The notes beneath the pieces are model-generated. The model made no database searches. It was not told the origin of the DNA and saw only the letters and a program-made list of their open reading frames with translations. A stretch of DNA of 32,000 nucleotides from assembly GCF_000025505.1 (NCBI RefSeq), contig NC_013849.1:2130001-2162000 (forward strand). The letters are read 5' to 3'. Below, piece by piece: positions 27,070-32,000 of this stretch. A program made the translations under genes and the position numbers. This DNA is from Ferroglobus placidus DSM 10642. GTDB taxonomy: Archaea; Halobacteriota; Archaeoglobi; Archaeoglobales; Archaeoglobaceae. Numbering within the stretch: the stretch's first letter is position 1; the number at the start of each line of letters is the position of its first letter.

Positions 27070-28911
27070 TCACCCGGACAGAAACCTCTCCAGCTCGCTT
27101 TTCAGCTTTTCCGCAACTATTTTTCCGTCCACCTTTCCCCTGAACTCCTTCATAACCACACCCATCAGTGGTTTGAAAGCCCCCATCCCTCTTTCGAGGA
27201 CGAAGTCCTTTCTTTCCTCTATGACCTTTCTTATGTACTCCTCCAGATTTTCCGCTTTCCCTATCCTTTCGGCTATTTCCTCTTTCGATAGATCCTCTTC
27301 GCAAAGCATTTTCAAAGCCTCTTCAGCCCCTTCTTTAGCTATCTTCTTCTCAGCTATTAATTCAAGAACTTTTCTGAAGTCTTCCTTGCTGAGCTTTTCA
27401 ACTTTAAAACCTTCCTTTTTAAGCTCCGAAGGTATTATGTGGAGGACTTTCGCGGCTGTGGTTGCTCCAATTTTTTTAGCGAACTCTTCGAAGAGATCGT
27501 AGAATTCGGAATCCGCTATGACCATTGCCAGGTCTTTCGGAAGAGAATACTCTCTGACGTACCTTTCCGCCCTCTCTTCGATCAGTTCTGGAATCTCCAC
27601 CTCTATGTCTCTTATCTCCACTGGAGGAACGTCAGTTTCTGGATACATTCTTGCCGCTCCCGGAAGAGGGCGGAGGTAGGATGTTGTTCCGTCTTCGTTT
27701 GCTTTCCTCGTCTCCTCCGGAACTCCGATTAGGCAGTACTTGGCTCTCTCTATAATCCTTCTCAAAGCTCTATTAACTCTCTCCTCATCTCCGGCAGCTA
27801 TGACAACAGCATCATTCTCCCCAGCTCCGACGAACTCTTTGAGCTTCTTTACTTCTTCCTCGCCTATCCCGTAAGCTGGAAGCTCGTCCGTGTGAAATAT
27901 TCCTCCCAAGCCAAACGTTTTGGCTATGTCCGCAAATTCTGTTCCGAGCCTTCTTCCGGGCTGAATTTCCCTTCCAACGATTCCGCCAAAGTTTTTGAGG
28001 AGGATAGCTTTGACTTTTTTAGCTTTCCTCAAAATCTTCGACTTCGTGTCCTTGAAAATCTCGCTAACGTCGAAAATTTCCTCGACCACCTCAGCTTTCC
28101 TTTTTCTGAGCTCATCTCGTATTTTGAGCAGGTTGACCTGCCTGAGAACTTCGTACTCAACGACTTTATCGAGAATTTCAAGGCTTTGAACACCTTTTAT
28201 TTCAACCCTCGCCCCCTCAGCTATGGATATGTTCACGTCCTGCCTTATCGTCCCGAGTCCTCTCTTAACTTTTCCGGTACTTCTCAAAATCATTCCTATC
28301 TTCCAAGCAACCTTTTTCGCCAGCTCCGGAGAATCTATGTCCGGCTTGGTTCCTATCTCAACGAGAGGTATTCCGAGTCTGTCCAAAGAATAGACGACAA
28401 CTCCGTTTCTCTCTTCTATCTTTCTGCAAGCTTCCTCTTCGAGGCAGAGCGTTGCTATACCTATCTTTCTTCCGTCAACTTCTACGTATCCATCGAAAGC
28501 CACCAAAGCTGTTCTCTGAAATCCTGTGGTGTTGCTTCCGTCTATGACTATCTTCCTCATAACGTGAACCTCATCGACGAGCTCCATGTTGAGCATTTTT
28601 GCAATTTGAACGGCTATCTCCAAAGCTTCCCTATTTAGCTCGCTCGGGGGCTCTTCATCAGCCTCAACGAGGCACGTTGTCGGATAAAACTTGTAAAGAA
28701 ACTTTTTACTCCTCTCAACCTCCTCTTTCGCAGCTCTATCCTCTTCTCCAAGCTCGCTCCTTTTTAACCTTAAGTAGCGAAAGAATTCGAAGTTAGATTC
28801 CTCTAATTCCATAAGCTTTGTGGGACATCTGCAAAACAGCTTGTGTTTAGTGTCAAGCTGCTGATGAATTTCGATTCCAACCTTGAGTCCGAGCTCCGAG
28901 TAGTTCATCAA
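27070..28911 (-). CDS. gatE: Glutamyl-tRNA(Gln) amidotransferase subunit E
   Basis: KVGIEIHQQLDTKHKLFCRCPT, GFQRTALVAFDGYVEVDG, GRRLGTEFADIAKTFGLGGIFHTDELPAYGI (GAD-like insert), C-terminal tail VLERGMGAFKPLMGVVMKEFRGKVDG. Confidence 0.95.
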   Translation of the reverse strand: MMNYSELGLKVGIEIHQQLDTKHKLFCRCPTKLMELEESNFEFFRYLRLKRSELGEEDRAAKEEVERSKKFLYKFYPTTCLVEADEEPPSELNREALEIAVQIAKMLNMELVDEVHVMRKIVIDGSNTTGFQRTALVAFDGYVEVDGRKIGIATLCLEEEACRKIEERNGVVVYSLDRLGIPLVEIGTKPDIDSPELAKKVAWKIGMILRSTGKVKRGLGTIRQDVNISIAEGARVEIKGVQSLEILDKVVEYEVLRQVNLLKIRDELRKRKAEVVEEIFDVSEIFKDTKSKILRKAKKVKAILLKNFGGIVGREIQPGRRLGTEFADIAKTFGLGGIFHTDELPAYGIGEEEVKKLKEFVGAGENDAVVIAAGDEERVNRALRRIIERAKYCLIGVPEETRKANEDGTTSYLRPLPGAARMYPETDVPPVEIRDIEVEIPELIEERAERYVREYSLPKDLAMVIADSEFYDLFEEFAKKIGATTAAKVLHIIPSELKKEGFKVEKLSKEDFRKVLELIAEKKIAKEGAEEALKMLCEEDLSKEEIAERIGKAENLEEYIRKVIEERKDFVLERGMGAFKPLMGVVMKEFRGKVDGKIVAEKLKSELERFLSG

Positions 28912-28981
28912 GAGAGAATTTGCGATGCGTTAAAAACATTTTTCCAAGAATTTAAATTATATAAGCTTCCTTTATTCTACC

Positions 28982-29515
28982 ATGAAGGTGAAAGTTGAAG
29001 AAGCCTACAGACTCCTACACCCTCGTCCGGTGGTTTTGATATGCTCTTCCTACGAAGGAAAAACGAGTTTCATGGCTTGTTCTTGGATTACGCCGGTAAA
29101 TGATGAGCCGGCTATGTTAGCTGCAGCCATATGGGAGGAAAACTTCACCCACGAACTGATAGAGAAGAGTAACGAGTTCACCGTCAACGTCCCAAGCGTT
29201 GACATCGCTGAGAAGGTCTGGCTTGCTGGAAAGAAGAGTGGAAGAAACGTTGATAAAGCTAAGTTGACGAAATTAAAACTCGGAAAAGCGAAGAAAGTTT
29301 CAGCTCCAATAATAGAGGACTGCGTAGCAAACCTCGAATGCGTCGTCAAGGATAAAGTAAAAGCCGGAGATCACACGGTATTCATTGGTGAAATTGTTGA
29401 AGCTTACGCAGAAAAAGACCTTTTCGAAAAGGTCTGGAAAGAAGATGCAAGGATTCTGATGCACGTGGGAGGAAAAGTATTTTCAACGAGCAGTAACTTC
29501 TTTGAAGTCCGCTGA
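28982..29515 (+). CDS. Flavin reductase-like FMN-binding domain protein
   Basis: LLHPRPVVLICSSYEGKTSFMACSWITPVNDEPAMLAAAI, ANLECVVKDKVKAGDHTVFIGEIVEAYAE. Confidence 0.87.
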   Translation: MKVKVEEAYRLLHPRPVVLICSSYEGKTSFMACSWITPVNDEPAMLAAAIWEENFTHELIEKSNEFTVNVPSVDIAEKVWLAGKKSGRNVDKAKLTKLKLGKAKKVSAPIIEDCVANLECVVKDKVKAGDHTVFIGEIVEAYAEKDLFEKVWKEDARILMHVGGKVFSTSSNFFEVR

Positions 29516-29530
29516 TGAGAGCGATGACGC

Positions 29531-30679
29531 ATGAGGGGATTCAAAGAAAAAGTGATTACAGCTTGGAAATTTACTCTTCCAGCTATTTTACTCTCTCTTC
29601 TCCTTGAATTTTCAGCCGGAATTTTCCTCGGTAAGTATTTTGAAAAACTTATGCTTCACTACCCTCTAATTCTTCTCGTTCTCCCGGGGTTGATGGGTTT
29701 AAGAGGAAACATATTTGGAGCTCTCTCTTCGAGATTTACGAGCGCTTTGTATCTTGGAGAAATAGAGCCGAAGCTTAAAGATAGGAGAGTTTTGGAGATA
29801 ATACTAACTGGAGTTTCTCTTTCTCTTCTTCCGGTGGCAATTCTCTGGTTTGTGGGTGTTGCGAAGCTCGGCTTGGACAACGCTATCGTTGTTTTCGCCA
29901 TATTGCTCGCTTCCACCATCTTCGTCAGCATGATTCTCGGACTTACCGCTGCGAGCGTTACGATAATCCCCTTCAGAAGAGAAATAGATCCCGATGCCAT
30001 AGCGACTCCCGTTGTAACTTCTGTAGCCGATCTACTAACGATTCCAACTTTGATCGCATTCGTTCTCCTCTTCGAAACTCACGAAGGAGTGTTCCTGTTT
30101 ACTTTAATTTTTTTCCTCGCTCTTTTCGGAGTCATGGGTATAAAATACAAAATTTCGAGGAAGATTTTTTTCGAACTTTCAGCAGTGTTAATCGTTCTCG
30201 CTGCAGTAAGCTCGATTTCGGGAGCTTTGCTTGAAACATTCAGCAAAGAAATTCACGAGTCCCTCCTTTTCAGCATTCTCTATCCGGCAATAATAGGCAG
30301 CCTGGGCAACTTCGGAGGAGTTGTAGGAGCGAGAGTTTCGACGAAACTACACATAGGAGAGGTTGAGAGATTTTTCGAGAAAGACGTCCTTCTCGACATT
30401 CTCGCTTTAACGACCTTGACTTTGCCCTTAGCTTCGATAATGTACTCTTCTGGAGTTCTCGTCGCTTACTTCATTTTCGGAAGAGTTCCGGGAATTTACT
30501 ACTTCTTCTTCCCTTTTTACATGCTCACAGCTTTGTTCGTTATGATTCTCGGAAATTTAATTTCTGTAACTTTCCACAAGTTCGGTTTCGATCCGGACAA
30601 CGTTACAGTTCCCGCTATAACGACTTTAGCCGATCTGATCGGAACTGCCCTCACCATTCTCCTTTCCTTCCTCTCTTAG
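29531..30679 (+). CDS. MgtE/SLC41-type divalent cation transporter (duplicated membrane domain)
   Basis: PGLMGLRGNIFGALSSRFTSALYLGEI and its internal counterpart YPAIIGSLGNFGGVVGARVSTKLHIGEVE; DPDAIATPVVTSVADLLTIP and DPDNVTVPAITTLADLIGTALTI. Confidence 0.88.
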   Translation: MRGFKEKVITAWKFTLPAILLSLLLEFSAGIFLGKYFEKLMLHYPLILLVLPGLMGLRGNIFGALSSRFTSALYLGEIEPKLKDRRVLEIILTGVSLSLLPVAILWFVGVAKLGLDNAIVVFAILLASTIFVSMILGLTAASVTIIPFRREIDPDAIATPVVTSVADLLTIPTLIAFVLLFETHEGVFLFTLIFFLALFGVMGIKYKISRKIFFELSAVLIVLAAVSSISGALLETFSKEIHESLLFSILYPAIIGSLGNFGGVVGARVSTKLHIGEVERFFEKDVLLDILALTTLTLPLASIMYSSGVLVAYFIFGRVPGIYYFFFPFYMLTALFVMILGNLISVTFHKFGFDPDNVTVPAITTLADLIGTALTILLSFLS

Positions 30680-31717
30680 CTCCTTTTCGAGTTCCTCGTA
30701 AACGTCGAGTAAAGCTATGAGTGTCGTTGGGATCGTGTGCTCGGTTGCGAACGTTATGTAAGGTGTGAGATCTATAACGAAATCCGCAAACCGGAAAATA
30801 CCCTTCGGCAAACCAACTCTACTTCCGGCGAAAACGACGATTTCATCCGCTCTTCTAAAAGCCTTCTTTAATTCCTCTTTTATGTCGGAAAGTTGCTTTC
30901 CCGTCGGATCGGTTACAATTAAAACGTTCCTCCTCCTCCTTTTGTCTCTAACGGTCTGATATAAGTCGTGCACGTAAACCGGAACCTCTCTGACTTCTCT
31001 CGCGTAAGACTTCCTCTGAATTTTCAGCCTCGCAGTCTGCCCCCTCCTCACGCCTTTAAGGAACTCGAGAAGTTCGTAAGCGTTTACGTAATTGTAAGGA
31101 GCGATAATCAGCTCTTTTATCTCGAAAGATTGAGCGGCTCTTCCTATTCTCTCTCCAATCTGCTTCGCTCCTCTCAAGTCCTCTAAATAAGGCATCTGAA
31201 CGAAGCTGATTTTTCCGAAAAACTTGGTCGAATCGACCTTCTCCGGAGTGTACTTCTTGTGCTCCTCCTTGCCGTCTATCACTCCTATAAACGTCCTCTC
31301 GTTGACGATTTCAACGTAAACGGCTTTTTCCGGAAAGTTTAAATCTACATCAGCACCGCTTAATTCCTGAATTCTCCTTCCGAGCTCTACGTTAACGTCC
31401 GTGCTCGTAAAGTCGTGTTTTAAGCCTCTTCTCGTTGTTCTCACCGCAAAGCTTCTGAATTCTCCCATCGCCTTTACTATGTCTTCCGCTCTGGAGACTA
31501 TCTCCTTCAAGTCGGATTTAACTTCAAAAAGAACGGGTATGGCTCTTTCAACTTCTGGAACTTCTTTCACCTTCTCGACGTCGTCGCTATGAACAATTAA
31601 AATTCCGAGGTAACCGGCGGGTCTTACTTCAATTTTGACGTCTCCGAGCTCGTCCTTTATGCGGCTTGCAGCTATGTATTCCATTCCTCTCTGAGTTTTA
31701 ACGAATATCATCCGCAA
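30626..31717 (-). CDS. THUMP-SPOUT RNA methylase-like protein
   Basis: THUMP-like SFAVRTTRRGLKHDFTSTDVNVELGRRIQELSGADVDLNFPEKAVYVEIV, then SPOUT-like VLIVTDPTGKQLSDIKEELKKAFRRADEIVVFAGSRVGLPKGIFRFADFVIDLTPYITFATEHTIPTTLIALLDVY. Confidence 0.75.
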   Translation of the reverse strand: MRMIFVKTQRGMEYIAASRIKDELGDVKIEVRPAGYLGILIVHSDDVEKVKEVPEVERAIPVLFEVKSDLKEIVSRAEDIVKAMGEFRSFAVRTTRRGLKHDFTSTDVNVELGRRIQELSGADVDLNFPEKAVYVEIVNERTFIGVIDGKEEHKKYTPEKVDSTKFFGKISFVQMPYLEDLRGAKQIGERIGRAAQSFEIKELIIAPYNYVNAYELLEFLKGVRRGQTARLKIQRKSYAREVREVPVYVHDLYQTVRDKRRRRNVLIVTDPTGKQLSDIKEELKKAFRRADEIVVFAGSRVGLPKGIFRFADFVIDLTPYITFATEHTIPTTLIALLDVYEELEKELREEGKENGEGSSDQIG

Positions 31718-31744
31718 ACTTTGAGAATTCGTTATTTAAAACTA

Positions 31745-32000
31745 TCAGATAATTCTGAATGAAGGGTAGTCTCCCTCGTAAGCAAGCTCCTTTTCGAACT
31801 CCCTTACAGCCTTGTGTAAATCGAAAAGCTCCTCGAAGTATTCGGAATTTATTCCGATGTGGCAGCCCCGGTTATACTTCTCGTGAACTATTTTAAACCC
31901 TCTGATCTCGTCACCTTTTTTAGAGTAAACCCTCAGGTATCCTTCCTTACCGCACTTCGGACAGGTGACGATAATGCTGAACTTTCCTCTGCGATTCTTC
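31745..32000 (-). CDS. Zinc-ribbon-containing small protein, 5' end beyond the window
   Basis: Manual translation: ...KNRRGKFSIIVTCPKCGKEGYLRVYSKKGDEIRGFKIVHEKYNRGCHIGINSEYFEELFDLHKAVREFEKELAYEGDYPSFRII*. Open to the window edge. Confidence 0.7.
   Translation of the reverse strand, partial: KNRRGKFSIIVTCPKCGKEGYLRVYSKKGDEIRGFKIVHEKYNRGCHIGINSEYFEELFDLHKAVREFEKELAYEGDYPSFRII

Noticed and set aside
27892-28638. 248-aa ORF antisense to gatE (also 1563-2348 antisense to the DRG GTPase)
   Set aside because: Antisense frames over conserved genes, compositionally biased (Ser/Phe/Tyr/Leu), no start context or motif support.
1-32000. CRISPR arrays, transposons, prophage or known defence systems
   Set aside because: No spaced direct-repeat array, no transposase/integrase/Cas/restriction or phage structural motifs in the translated ORFs.

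Overview
Dense archaeal chromosomal segment. S3Ae, GatE, archaemetzincin, a DRG GTPase and a THUMP-SPOUT protein mark it as euryarchaeal; an Archaeoglobales-like host is my inference only. Most of it is ordinary metabolism and housekeeping: LeuC-type dehydratase, two class III CoA-transferases, SSS symporter, two M24 peptidases, ThiC, radical SAM enzyme, GalT, LarE, YjbQ, DUF2298 protein, PRPP synthetase, a rubrerythrin/ferritin-like/rubrerythrin cluster, tRNA-Ser(UGA), GatE, and an MgtE/SLC41-type transporter. I see no CRISPR array, transposase, phage module or recognisable defence system. Observations worth a second look: (1) an exact 41-bp tandem duplication that frameshifts the first CoA-transferase gene; (2) a probable extra G in a GGGG run that cuts a winged-helix domain off a class II glutamine-amidotransferase-like protein; (3) a degenerate FtsZ/tubulin-superfamily-like protein without the canonical T4 glycine loop; (4) two small ORFs missing from the ORF track (49 aa membrane protein coupled to the symporter; 44 aa Cys-containing); (5) a palindrome flanked by direct repeats in the rubrerythrin promoter, opposite a divergent Lrp/AsnC gene; (6) a small set of uncharacterised genes around tRNA-Ser, one with a MazE/AbrB-like C-terminus. 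I found no confident evidence of a completely new multi-gene system.
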